36,849 bases of DNA from Treponema sp. (GTDB lineage: Bacteria; Spirochaetota; Spirochaetia; Treponematales; Breznakiellaceae): NCBI GenBank assembly GCA_031273835.1, contig JAISRD010000188.1, positions 1-36,849 of the forward strand, in the 5' to 3' direction. Shown piece after piece: positions 1 to 8,161 of the stretch (its first letter is position 1; every line of letters begins with the position of its first letter). The notes below the pieces were generated by a model. It did not search any database, was not told the DNA's origin, and was given only the letters and a program-made list of their open reading frames with translations. The position numbers and the translations under genes are program-made.

Positions 1-305
1 GTAACGGAGGCAAGGCTCCTGCAGTTATAGAAAGCGAACATGTCTATTTTCTCAACCCCTTCCGGAATGACAACGCTTGTTAGGGCGGCGTTTCCATTGA
101 AAGCACTCCTTCCAATTTCCTTTACCGGCATCTCCTGTATGACGGCGGGTATACGCACCGCTGCCGCTTTACCCACATACTTTTTAACCACCGCCCCGGT
201 TCCGTCTTCGGTGAGGCCCACCTCAAAATCAGCCTCCGTTTGGGCAAATGCCGCCGTAATTGCGGCCATTACAACAACCGTAACCAAAAGCATTTTTTTG
301 TACAT
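1..305 (-). CDS. BspA-type leucine-rich-repeat surface protein, N-terminal fragment (continues past the left edge)
   Basis: Absent from the ORF track because there is no stop in the window. A reverse-strand ATG at 305 gives MYKKMLLVTVVVMAAITAAFAQTEADFEVGLTEDGTGAVVKKYVGKAAAVRIPAVIQEMPVKEIGRSAFNGNAALTSVVIPEGVEKIDMFAFYNCRSLASV. This has a signal peptide (AFA/Q) followed by IP..V..IG..AF..C..L.SV repeats typical of BspA-like LRRs. Confidence 0.6.
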   Translation of the reverse strand, partial: MYKKMLLVTVVVMAAITAAFAQTEADFEVGLTEDGTGAVVKKYVGKAAAVRIPAVIQEMPVKEIGRSAFNGNAALTSVVIPEGVEKIDMFAFYNCRSLASV

Positions 306-334
306 AAAACACGCCTTTGTTGAAACTTGAATCC

Positions 335-363
335 ACTATATTCTTTCACTATCGTTTTATCAA
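335..363 (-). promoter_or_regulatory. Candidate sigma70-type promoter for the LRR gene
   Basis: The reverse strand reads TTGATA (363-358), 17 nt, TATAGT (340-335), about 30 nt upstream of the ATG at 305. Confidence 0.35.
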
Positions 364-484
364 GCCGACCGGTACCTATTAGACTTGTTTAATAACCACC
401 AGGGATGCATGAATCATGAGTCAAAGAAGCGGCCGGCTTCCCGGTTAAAAATTCTTGATTCTTCCCTTCTTTACCTTGGGTCCC

Positions 485-1597
485 TTACAGATCTTCGGGC
501 AGTATGGAAAGCTCGGTCTCCCTGTCGAAATACCGGACCTTCTCCATGTTGACGGTAAAGTTTACCGTATCCCCCGCCTTAAAGCTGCGCCGGTTATCCG
601 TGCGGGCCCTCAGGGGCTGGTTTCCAGCGCTGAGCCAAAGGTATATATCCGCCCCCATGGGTTCCACCACGCTTACTTCGGCGGGTATACAGGCGTCCCC
701 CGGGGGGGCGTCAATTTCCCCCGCATAGGAAAGATCCTCCGGCCTTATGCCGGCAAAGAGATCCCTGCCGCCGTACTTTTTCAGCGCCTCCCTGTGGGCG
801 GCGGCGGGGCGCAGTTCAAAACGCTCCCCGGCGAGAACCGGGCCGTCTTTATCGGCCGGCTTAAGGGTGAGGAAATTGATGGGAGGGGAACCGATAAAGC
901 CCGCCACAAATTTGTTGACCGGATGGTTGTACAGGTGGAGGGGGCTCCCTGTCTGCTGGACCCTGCCGTCCTTCATCACGACGATCTTTGTCGCCATGGT
1001 CATGGCTTCCATCTGATCATGGGTAACGTAAATGATGGTGGCCTCAAGCCTGCGGTGCAGTTCCGAAAGTTCCGCCCTCATCTGCACCCGGAGTTTCGCG
1101 TCAAGGCCGGACAGGGGTTCGTCAAAAAGAAAAACCTTGGGGTCCCGGACTACGGCCCGGCCTATGGCGGCCCGCTGGCGCTGACCCCCCGAGAGGGCCC
1201 GGGGCTTGCGGTCCAGGAATTTTTCAATGTCCAGGAGTTTGGCGGTTTCGCGGATACGCCGGTCGATTTCCGCCCTGGGGACCTTTTTCAGCTTAAGCCC
1301 AAAGGCCATATTTTCGTACACCGACATGTGGGGATAGAGGGCGGAATTCTGGAAGATCATGGCAATATTCCGGTCCTTGGGGGCCCTGTCGTTCATCTTT
1401 TCCCCGTCGATGAACAGTTCCCCCGATGAAATATCCTCCAGGCCGGCGATCATCCTGAGGATGGCGGTCTTTCCGCAGCCCGAGGGACCCACAAAAACCA
1501 CAAAATCCCTCTCTTCTATATCAATGGTAACATTATCAACCGCCGTCACTCCGCCGGCATAGATTTTACAGATATCCCTCAGCTCGACCCTTGCCAT
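485..1597 (-). CDS. Sugar ABC transporter ATP-binding protein (MalK/MsmK/UgpC family), with no adjacent permease or binding-protein genes
   Basis: Walker A GPSGCGKT, signature LSGGQRQR, Walker B FLFDEPLS and a C-terminal MalK-type regulatory/TOBE region are present. I set the start at the internal ATG (1597), giving MARVELRDICKIYAGG. The 33-aa GTG-initiated extension in the ORF track has no family counterpart. Confidence 0.9.
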   Translation of the reverse strand: MARVELRDICKIYAGGVTAVDNVTIDIEERDFVVFVGPSGCGKTAILRMIAGLEDISSGELFIDGEKMNDRAPKDRNIAMIFQNSALYPHMSVYENMAFGLKLKKVPRAEIDRRIRETAKLLDIEKFLDRKPRALSGGQRQRAAIGRAVVRDPKVFLFDEPLSGLDAKLRVQMRAELSELHRRLEATIIYVTHDQMEAMTMATKIVVMKDGRVQQTGSPLHLYNHPVNKFVAGFIGSPPINFLTLKPADKDGPVLAGERFELRPAAAHREALKKYGGRDLFAGIRPEDLSYAGEIDAPPGDACIPAEVSVVEPMGADIYLWLSAGNQPLRARTDNRRSFKAGDTVNFTVNMEKVRYFDRETELSILPEDL

Positions 1598-1603
1598 TGC
1601 CCC

Positions 1604-1632
1604 AGTGTAGAGGGGCGCCGGGGCTTTGTCAA
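1604..1632 (-). promoter_or_regulatory. Candidate promoter placing the transcription start at or next to the ABC ATPase ATG (leaderless geometry)
   Basis: The reverse strand reads TTGACA (1632-1627), 17 nt, TACACT (1609-1604), 6 nt (GGGGCA), ATG (1597). There is no Shine-Dalgarno at a usable distance. Confidence 0.4.
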
Positions 1633-1715
1633 GGAAAGATCCGCCCCCCGTAACGGCCAATAGAAAGGTTCCCCTGTTTCCGTTCAATGGAAACACCCCC
1701 TGATTTCCCGGTTCC

Positions 1716-1744
1716 TTGCCAAATTCCCCCCGGAATGATAAAAT
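1716..1744 (+). promoter_or_regulatory. Candidate extended -10 promoter for the Cys-rich mini-protein
   Basis: TTGCCA (1716-1721), 17 nt ending in TGa, TAAAAT (1739-1744). A GGAGG RBS lies at 1766-1770 and the ATG at 1780. Confidence 0.45.
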
Positions 1745-1779
1745 CCGGGTGGATTTTTTATTTCTGGAGGATACGCGCC

Positions 1780-1965
1780 ATGGCTTGTGAATTTAACCCG
1801 TCAATCGCCTGTTCCTGTACTGCTTCCTGCCCCCGCCGGGGAAAATGCTGCGAATGCGTGGCTTACCACCGGGGCAAAAGTCAGTTTCCCGGCTGTTTTT
1901 TCTCGGCCGCCGGGGAAAAAAAATATGACCGTAGCTGGAAAGCTCTGCTCAGCGACCGGAGTTGA
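1780..1965 (+). CDS. Small cysteine-rich protein (61 aa, 8 Cys), possibly a DUF6485-like metal-binding protein
   Basis: MACEFNPSIACSCTASCPRRGKCCECVAYHRGKSQFPGCFF... A GGAGG RBS sits 9 nt upstream of the internal ATG at 1780. The C.C...C.....CC.C pattern matches small conserved Cys-rich cytosolic proteins I recall from anaerobes, but the family name is from memory only. Confidence 0.6.
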   Translation: MACEFNPSIACSCTASCPRRGKCCECVAYHRGKSQFPGCFFSAAGEKKYDRSWKALLSDRS

Positions 1966-2032
1966 GGCATCGCCGGCGCTGTTAAAAAGGGCGTCTTGAA
2001 AGCTGGGGTCTAAAGGTATATTATCAAGGGCT

Positions 2033-3496
2033 ATGTACAGGCCCTACATCAAACCGGTGGCCGAGGCTTCGCCGGATGTAAAAGTACCCAAATCCCGGCG
2101 TTCCAAATTTGTGCTGCTGGTATGTAGAATACTGGGGCGTATCTACCTTTTCTTCTTTCTCGGCGTCGTCAGGATAGTGCTTCGTAAGGGCGAGCATATT
2201 GCCGGGGCGTATAAACGGGCCTTGGCGGGGGACAGCCGCTGCATCATAGCCTTCCGCCATCCCAACGGAGGGGAACCCCAGCTTTTAATGTGGTTTATTC
2301 TCTTCAAACTCAGGGCCATGGCCCGGAAATTCCGTATCCGCTTCGCGAAACAGCCCCATGTGTCCTTTGTATACGGCTATGAAGTGGTCCGCTGGGGCGG
2401 CGTTATTGCCCGGTGGGTCATGCCCGGTTTGGGGTCCCTGCCGGTACATCACGCCAAGGTGGATTCTGACGGCATGGCCCGGATCTTCAAGGCCATTTCC
2501 GAGGGCCCCTATCCCCTGGCCATCGCCCCGGAGGGGCAGGTCAGCTATACCACCGAAGCGGTGCCCCGTCTTGAACAGGGGACGGTACGCATAGGCTTCA
2601 AGGCCGCGGATCGCCTCTACCGGGAAGGAAAGACCTGTCCCGTGGAGATACTGCCGGTATCCATACATTTCCGCTACGGCAGGATGGGACAGTGGTCCTT
2701 AAATAAGCTTTTGCGCAAAATAGAGAAATATACGGGCTTCGGCGGGCTCCGGGACAAGGCCCCCTTTTCCGAGCGCCTCAGGCGGGCCAGGGATCGTATC
2801 CTGGAACATAACGAAAAACGTTACCGCCTCAGCCCCCAGGGTTCCGCCGACGGAAATCAGGATTCCGCTAGCGGAAACCGGGGTTCCTTTGACGAACGGA
2901 TCGACGCGATCATGGACGCCGCGCTGGACAGGGCGGAAAAGATACTGGGCATTAAAACCAAGGGCAACGATCTGATGGAAAGGGTCTACCACATCAGGCA
3001 AATCTGCTGGGACAGGATGATCATCCCCGGCATAACCTCCTTCAAGGGCCGCAGCCTCATGGAACGGGCTGTGGCGGATCTTAACTGCGGCGAAGCCTGG
3101 TATGCCTCGCGGCACATGGAATTGGTGGATTTTTGCTGGTATTTCAGGATACCCATACCGGAAGAAACGGCGCCCCTCTATATAAAGCTCGAATATGTTC
3201 AAAACCTCTGGGATTTTGCCAACCGCAGCATGGGCGGGGCCTATTCAAACCGGGTTTTCAATGTCCATCCGAAACGGGTGCTGATCCAGGTCGCCCCGGT
3301 GATAAACTTAAGCGCCCGGCTTAAGGAATACCATGAAAACAAAAAAGAGGCCATAAAAGCGGTCATGGAAGACCTTAAGAACTCATTTCTGGACTGCATA
3401 CAGGAAGCGGCGGAGTACCAGATCTGGGGGGGATTATGCCCTGCATCGCAGAAGCCCTTGCCTTCGGATGGGATAAACTCAAGTCGGGCGGTATAG
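2033..3496 (+). CDS. Phospholipid/glycerol acyltransferase (PlsC/LPLAT) family protein with a C-terminal extension of about 250 aa
   Basis: There is an N-terminal hydrophobic segment, an acyltransferase block I-like FRHPNGGEP (H-x4-E rather than H-x4-D) and a block III-like IAPEGQVS. Confidence 0.65.
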   Translation: MYRPYIKPVAEASPDVKVPKSRRSKFVLLVCRILGRIYLFFFLGVVRIVLRKGEHIAGAYKRALAGDSRCIIAFRHPNGGEPQLLMWFILFKLRAMARKFRIRFAKQPHVSFVYGYEVVRWGGVIARWVMPGLGSLPVHHAKVDSDGMARIFKAISEGPYPLAIAPEGQVSYTTEAVPRLEQGTVRIGFKAADRLYREGKTCPVEILPVSIHFRYGRMGQWSLNKLLRKIEKYTGFGGLRDKAPFSERLRRARDRILEHNEKRYRLSPQGSADGNQDSASGNRGSFDERIDAIMDAALDRAEKILGIKTKGNDLMERVYHIRQICWDRMIIPGITSFKGRSLMERAVADLNCGEAWYASRHMELVDFCWYFRIPIPEETAPLYIKLEYVQNLWDFANRSMGGAYSNRVFNVHPKRVLIQVAPVINLSARLKEYHENKKEAIKAVMEDLKNSFLDCIQEAAEYQIWGGLCPASQKPLPSDGINSSRAV

Positions 3497-4320
3497 CCGC
3501 CCCCGGACTTGACGCGTCCCTCCTTCTGGCGGAAGTTTTACATGTTACCAGAGAAAAGCTCCGCCTCCTGGAAGGGGAAACCCTTAAAGAAGAAGATTAC
3601 CGCCTTTTCCGCATCTGTCTGGATCGCCGGCTTTCGGGGGAATGTACGGCGTGGATTTTAGGCCGCAGGGAATTTTGGGGGCTTGATTTTCTTGTCGGTC
3701 CCGATGTCCTTGTCCCCAGGCCTGATACGGAGATCCTCGTGGAAAGGGCCCTGGAAGAACTTGCGTCCATGGAGGGACCTTTAAGGGTTCTGGATCTCTG
3801 TACCGGATCGGGGGCCGTAGCGGTGGCCCTGAAACATGAAAGGCCCGGTATGGATCTTTGGGGTTCCGATATATCCGAAAAAGCCCTGGCCCTTGCCCGG
3901 ACCAACGCGGATCGGCTTTTATCCAAAATACTTCAATCCAAAGGGGTGAACCCCCGGATCAACTTTGTTTTGGGGGATCTTTTCGCCCCCTTCAAGGCCG
4001 CGGACCCCTTTTCCCTCATCGTAAGCAACCCTCCCTATGTGCGTTCCGGGGATATTCCCCGCCTGGACATTGAGGTGCGGCTTGAACCCCGCATAGCCCT
4101 GGACGGAGGGGACGACGGCCTGGCCCTTATAAGGCGCATTATAGGCGAAGCGCCATATTATCTGGAAAGGGGCGGATCGCTTCTCCTGGAAGCGGAAAGC
4201 CGGCAGATGGGGCAAATCGGGGAACTCCTTAAAAAAAGGGGCTTTACGGATATTTCCCTGAGCCAGGATCTATCCGGCCTGGACCGGGTCATTTCCGCCC
4301 GTTTTGGAGGGGCCGCATGA
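3436..4320 (+). CDS. prmC: Release-factor glutamine N5-methyltransferase PrmC (HemK)
   Basis: SAM motif VLDLCTGSGAV, catalytic NPPY (VSNPPYV), and N-terminal LDASLLLAEVL typical of PrmC. It overlaps the upstream gene by 61 nt. Confidence 0.85.
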   Translation: MPCIAEALAFGWDKLKSGGIAAPGLDASLLLAEVLHVTREKLRLLEGETLKEEDYRLFRICLDRRLSGECTAWILGRREFWGLDFLVGPDVLVPRPDTEILVERALEELASMEGPLRVLDLCTGSGAVAVALKHERPGMDLWGSDISEKALALARTNADRLLSKILQSKGVNPRINFVLGDLFAPFKAADPFSLIVSNPPYVRSGDIPRLDIEVRLEPRIALDGGDDGLALIRRIIGEAPYYLERGGSLLLEAESRQMGQIGELLKKRGFTDISLSQDLSGLDRVISARFGGAA

Positions 4321-6344
4321 ATCCCGCCATAGCCCTTTTTACCGAAAAAACCCGGGGTTATTCCAGGAAGGATCAGGAAAGGATACTGAACGCCGCCCTG
4401 CTGGCCGATGAACAGAGCAGGGAAAAGCTCCATCAACTCCTGGGAACCGCGGCGATTCTCTTTGACCTGAAACTCGACGCCGTAGCGATCATCGCCGTAT
4501 TACTGCGGGATTGTATCGCCGTTCCCGGCGCGGCGGAAAATCTGGCGAAAAAATTCGATGGAAAAACGCTCCGCATGGCGGAGGAAGCGGCAAAACTCGC
4601 GGCCTTTTCCCCGGAAAGTAAAACAAAACAGGAAGCGGAAAATATACTCAAGATGCTCTTTGCCATGGCCGGGGACATCAGGATAATCCTGATCAAGCTG
4701 GCCGGTGAATTCCATACCATGCGGACCCTCGATTTTTTCCCCGCCGGGGAACGGCGGAAAACCGCCCGGCAATGCCTGGACATTTACGCCCCCCTGGCGG
4801 ACAGGCTGGGCATCTCCTGGATTAAGGATGAGCTTGAGGATCTTGCCCTCAAGCACCTTAACCGGGATACCTATATGCAGATCAAGGAAATCGTGGCCCT
4901 TAAGAAGGGGGAACGGAGCAGTTTCCTCAATGCGGTACAGGAGAGAATCGTCAAAGAGGCAAGGGCCCTGGGCTTAACCGTGGAAGCCCACAGCAGGGCT
5001 AAACATTTTTACTCAATCTACCAGAAAATGCGTCGGCGGAACAAAGCCCCGGGGGATCTCTACGACCTCTTCGGCCTCCGTATACTCTGCGAAACCGAAG
5101 ACAGCTGTTATATACTGCTTGGGCTGGTACACCGCCTCTGGAAACCCCTGGACGGCCGTTTCAAGGACTATATCGCCAGGCCCAAGTCCAACGGATACCG
5201 GAGTCTTCATACCACGGTCTCCGTCCCCGCCGCTTCCGGCGGGACGGAACAGGACGGAAAGATCCTGGAAATACAGATCCGTACCCGCGAAATGCACCAA
5301 AACGCCGAATACGGCGTGGCCGGACACTGGCTCTACAAACGGGGAAACGCAAAAACCGGCGATATTTCCGTTATCGGCGGCCTTAAAAATCTCTACCCCG
5401 ATCATCTGAACAGGGGGCCGGAAGAAAGTTCCCCCCCCGGCGCATCCCAGCTTTTTTTCGAGGATATCAAGCGGGAACTCCTTAAGGATCGCATCTATGT
5501 CCTTACCCCCCTCAATAAGGTGGTGGAACTTCCCGCGGGCGCCACCCCGCTTGACTTTGCCTACGCGATCCATAGCGCCATAGGCGATCACTGTTCCCTG
5601 GCCAGGGCCGACGGCGCAATTATACCCCTGGGGTCGGCGCTGAAAAATACCCAGGTGGTGGAGATCGTAACTTCCACCGCCGCCCATCCCCGGTTAAACT
5701 GGCTGCGGCTCGTGAAAACCGCAAAGGCCCGGAGCAAGATACGATCCTACCTTCAGCGGAACGACGAAGCCCCCACGGGCGCGGTAAAGGTAAAAAAGGA
5801 GGATGTAAAAAAAAGCGCCCAAAAAAAGAAATTTGAAGAAACCAGGGAGAGCGCCGGGGAAGAAGGCACGGCGGGCGAACAGGGGTTCATACAACATACG
5901 GGGGCCCCGGTATTCAAGGTCCGGGTGGCGGACGAAAAAAACATGATGATCCGCTTTGCCGGATGCTGCAAGCCCATACTGGGGGACCCCATAGTGGGCT
6001 ACGTCTCCCGGGGCAGGGGCATTATCATACACCGCCGGAACTGCGGCAATACCGCGCTGATTCCCGATTTTGCCGAGCGCAGGATAGAAACCCAATGGGA
6101 AAATACCGCTGTTACGATTAAGCGTTTCAGAATCGAGGCAAGAAAAGGCAAGGACCTCTTTGCGGAAATAGAAGAGGTTGTAAAAAAATTCCGGGGCCAC
6201 CTTATCGAGGGAAAACTTGAGGACGCCGGAGGAAACCGCCTCTGGGGGTACTTTACAATACAGATGGAAGTGCAGGATGATGTTTCCAAGGTGATAAAAC
6301 ATCTGCGGGGAATTCCTGTGATACACAAGATTCAAGGACTGTAA
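4317..6344 (+). CDS. relA: Long RelA/SpoT homologue ((p)ppGpp synthetase) with a degenerate HD hydrolase domain, followed by TGS, CC/ZFD and ACT domains
   Basis: Synthetase motifs: RAKHFYSIYQKM, DLFGLRI, RFKDYIARPKSNGYRSLHT, EIQIRTREMHQNAEYGVAGHWLYK. TGS: IYVLTPLNKVVELPAGATPLDFAYAIHS. CC domain: RFAGCCKP...HRRNC. There is an ATGA overlap with prmC. Confidence 0.9.
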   Translation: MNPAIALFTEKTRGYSRKDQERILNAALLADEQSREKLHQLLGTAAILFDLKLDAVAIIAVLLRDCIAVPGAAENLAKKFDGKTLRMAEEAAKLAAFSPESKTKQEAENILKMLFAMAGDIRIILIKLAGEFHTMRTLDFFPAGERRKTARQCLDIYAPLADRLGISWIKDELEDLALKHLNRDTYMQIKEIVALKKGERSSFLNAVQERIVKEARALGLTVEAHSRAKHFYSIYQKMRRRNKAPGDLYDLFGLRILCETEDSCYILLGLVHRLWKPLDGRFKDYIARPKSNGYRSLHTTVSVPAASGGTEQDGKILEIQIRTREMHQNAEYGVAGHWLYKRGNAKTGDISVIGGLKNLYPDHLNRGPEESSPPGASQLFFEDIKRELLKDRIYVLTPLNKVVELPAGATPLDFAYAIHSAIGDHCSLARADGAIIPLGSALKNTQVVEIVTSTAAHPRLNWLRLVKTAKARSKIRSYLQRNDEAPTGAVKVKKEDVKKSAQKKKFEETRESAGEEGTAGEQGFIQHTGAPVFKVRVADEKNMMIRFAGCCKPILGDPIVGYVSRGRGIIIHRRNCGNTALIPDFAERRIETQWENTAVTIKRFRIEARKGKDLFAEIEEVVKKFRGHLIEGKLEDAGGNRLWGYFTIQMEVQDDVSKVIKHLRGIPVIHKIQGL

Positions 6345-6345
6345 C

Positions 6346-7551
6346 GTGAAAAAATTGATAAAGGCGGTAAAATACGGCGTCTTTCCCCTATGTCTCCTCT
6401 GCCTGTTTGGGGGCTGTAAGGAACCGGACACCGTCGCCCCCCGTATAGAGGAACAGCCGCCTCCCGCTCCGAAAATCTCCACCCTCACCATAGTGGCCGC
6501 CGGGGATAATCTGATCCACGATATCATCTACCTGGCCCAAAGGCTCCCCGGCGCGGAGGAAAGCTACAATTTTGATTCCTGCTATGAGCATATCAAACCC
6601 CTCATAGAGCGGGCGGATCTGGCCTTTGTAAACCAGGAAACGATCATGGGCGGGAAGGCCCTGGGTCATTCGGGTTACCCCGTTTTCAACACCCCCCAGG
6701 AAAACGGGGACGCCCTGGTAAAAGCGGGCTTTGACGTGATAAACCAGGCTTCCAATCACAGCCTGGACAAGGGCGAGGCGGCGGTTTTCAATACCATGGA
6801 TTATTGGGATAAACGCCGGGACGTGAGTTATTTAGGCCTGTTCAGAACAGCGGAAGACAGGGCGAACCGTAAAACCATTGTCGAAAAAAACGGCATTAAG
6901 GTAGGTTTTCTTTCGTATACCTACGGACTCAACGGCTTTTCCCTGCCAAAGGACAAACCCTGGCTGGTCCCTCTTATCGATACCGCGGTAATGGCCGGTG
7001 AAATTGACGCCCTGCGGCCCCTATGCGATTTGCTGGTGGTTTCCATGCACTGGGGAAATGAATTCAGCCACGAGATCAGCCTCCGGCAAAAGGAACTTGC
7101 CCTGTTCATGGCGGAACACAGGGTAGATCTTATTCTGGGCCACCATCCCCATGTAACCGGGCCCATGCATGTTATTTTCAGGCCCGACGGCGGCAGACTT
7201 GTATGTTACTATTCCCTGGGTGATTTTATTTCTCACACCCAGTCCGACAGAACGCCGGATACCATGCTGGGCGCCCTGGCCTATGTCAGGGTAAAAAAGA
7301 CAAGCACAGCCCCCTCCGCCGGAGAGTCCGGCAAAAGCACCACGACCATTGAGGAGGCCCGGGCCATTCCCACGGTAAGCCACTACGGTAAAGGGAGGAG
7401 GCCCCCCTTTACCGTATACCCCCTCTACGATTACAGCGACGAACTGGCCGCCCTCCATTACAAGAACACTACCCTGGATTACCTTAAAGGGGTATCGTTA
7501 AAAATTTTCAGTATTTATATGCTGAACGAAAATCCCTTTAAGAAGCCTTGA
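6346..7551 (+). CDS. CapA-family (PGA_cap metallophosphatase-like) lipoprotein
   Basis: GTG start 1 nt after the relA stop. Lipobox LFGGC. CapA blocks IVAAGDNLIHD, NQETIMGG, ASNHSLD, VSMHWGNEF and GHHPH are present. Confidence 0.8.
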   Translation: MKKLIKAVKYGVFPLCLLCLFGGCKEPDTVAPRIEEQPPPAPKISTLTIVAAGDNLIHDIIYLAQRLPGAEESYNFDSCYEHIKPLIERADLAFVNQETIMGGKALGHSGYPVFNTPQENGDALVKAGFDVINQASNHSLDKGEAAVFNTMDYWDKRRDVSYLGLFRTAEDRANRKTIVEKNGIKVGFLSYTYGLNGFSLPKDKPWLVPLIDTAVMAGEIDALRPLCDLLVVSMHWGNEFSHEISLRQKELALFMAEHRVDLILGHHPHVTGPMHVIFRPDGGRLVCYYSLGDFISHTQSDRTPDTMLGALAYVRVKKTSTAPSAGESGKSTTTIEEARAIPTVSHYGKGRRPPFTVYPLYDYSDELAALHYKNTTLDYLKGVSLKIFSIYMLNENPFKKP

Positions 7552-7729
7552 CCGCGCTCTTCTTTCCGTGGGCCACCGCCGCCTTACAGGTCTTGCATAC
7601 CTTTACTTTAGTCCCCTCCGCTTCAAGTTCGTAGAGGATCTTTACATTCTTTCTTTCACAAACAGGGCAGGTTCCCCTTCCGCGGGAAACCTGATCCCGA
7701 ATTCCCTTACCCCTGTGCGCCTTCGACAT
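7538..7729 (-). CDS. Basic zinc-ribbon mini-protein (63 aa), last gene of the ribosomal alpha operon
   Basis: MSKAHRGKGIRDQVSRGRGTCPVCERKNVKILYELEAEGTKVKVCKTCKAAVAHGKKSAVKAS. It has CPVC...CKTC and is rich in Lys/Arg. An AGGGGG RBS lies 5 nt upstream, the gene starts 9 nt after the rplQ stop, and its 3' end overlaps the convergent capA-like gene by 14 nt. Confidence 0.6.
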   Translation of the reverse strand: MSKAHRGKGIRDQVSRGRGTCPVCERKNVKILYELEAEGTKVKVCKTCKAAVAHGKKSAVKAS

Positions 7730-7738
7730 ATCTACCCC

Positions 7739-8161
7739 CTAGGCTCTTTTTTTCGCGGACTTCTCGGCTTTCTTAGCCTTCTTGTCATCCTTGTCGGTTT
7801 TAAGAACATAATCCACCAATTCAAGGAACACAAGCTCCGCCGCGTCCCCGAAACGCTCGCCGAGTTTGATGATACGGGTATAACCGCCGGGCCTGTCCTT
7901 CATGCGAAGGGCTATATTGGTAAACAGCTTAGCTACTATGCCTTCATCGTAGAGGCGGCTGGAAACAATGCGCCGGTTATGAACCGAATCGATCTTTGCC
8001 CTGGTTATAAGCTTTTCCGCGCTCCGCCTTACCGCCAAAGCCTTGGTTTTAGTGGTTTTGATCCGTTCATGCCGGAACAGGGAGGTAACCATATTACGGT
8101 GCAGGGCCTTACGGTGAGCGGACATGCGCTCAAGGGGGTTAAAGCCTCTTCTATGCTTCAT
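7739..8161 (-). CDS. rplQ: 50S ribosomal protein L17
   Basis: [28 protein letters not shown]..., positioned after rpoA, with a Lys-rich C-terminal tail. Confidence 0.95.
   Translation of the reverse strand: MKHRRGFNPLERMSAHRKALHRNMVTSLFRHERIKTTKTKALAVRRSAEKLITRAKIDSVHNRRIVSSRLYDEGIVAKLFTNIALRMKDRPGGYTRIIKLGERFGDAAELVFLELVDYVLKTDKDDKKAKKAEKSAKKRA

Noticed and set aside
40-330. 96-aa plus-strand ORF
   Set aside because: It is antisense to the reverse-strand LRR gene, which has a signal peptide and repeats. The plus-strand product is low-complexity (Ala/Thr/Ser/Pro) and has no RBS.
426-440. Possible terminator after the ABC ATPase (GAAGC-N5-GCTTC followed by TTT on the minus strand)
   Set aside because: It has only a 5-bp stem and a 3-nt T-run, which is too weak to call.
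455-1429. 324-aa plus-strand ORF (and nested ORFs at 504-728, 747-1016, 1359-1562)
   Set aside because: It is the antisense shadow of the ABC ATPase, whose Walker A, signature and Walker B motifs fix the coding strand. The shadow product is Gly/Pro/Arg-rich.
1598-1696. 33-codon GTG-initiated N-terminal extension of the ABC ATPase
   Set aside because: The family N-terminus begins at MARVELRD. The extension would cover the promoter-like TTGACA-17-TACACT element.
2285-3202. Minus-strand ORFs of 127 and 167 aa inside the acyltransferase gene
   Set aside because: These are antisense shadows with no motifs and Gly/Pro/Arg-biased composition.
5694-6527. 277-aa minus-strand ORF (plus 5013-5687 and others) opposite the RelA-like gene
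   Set aside because: The plus strand carries unmistakable RSH, TGS and ACT motifs, so these are shadow ORFs.
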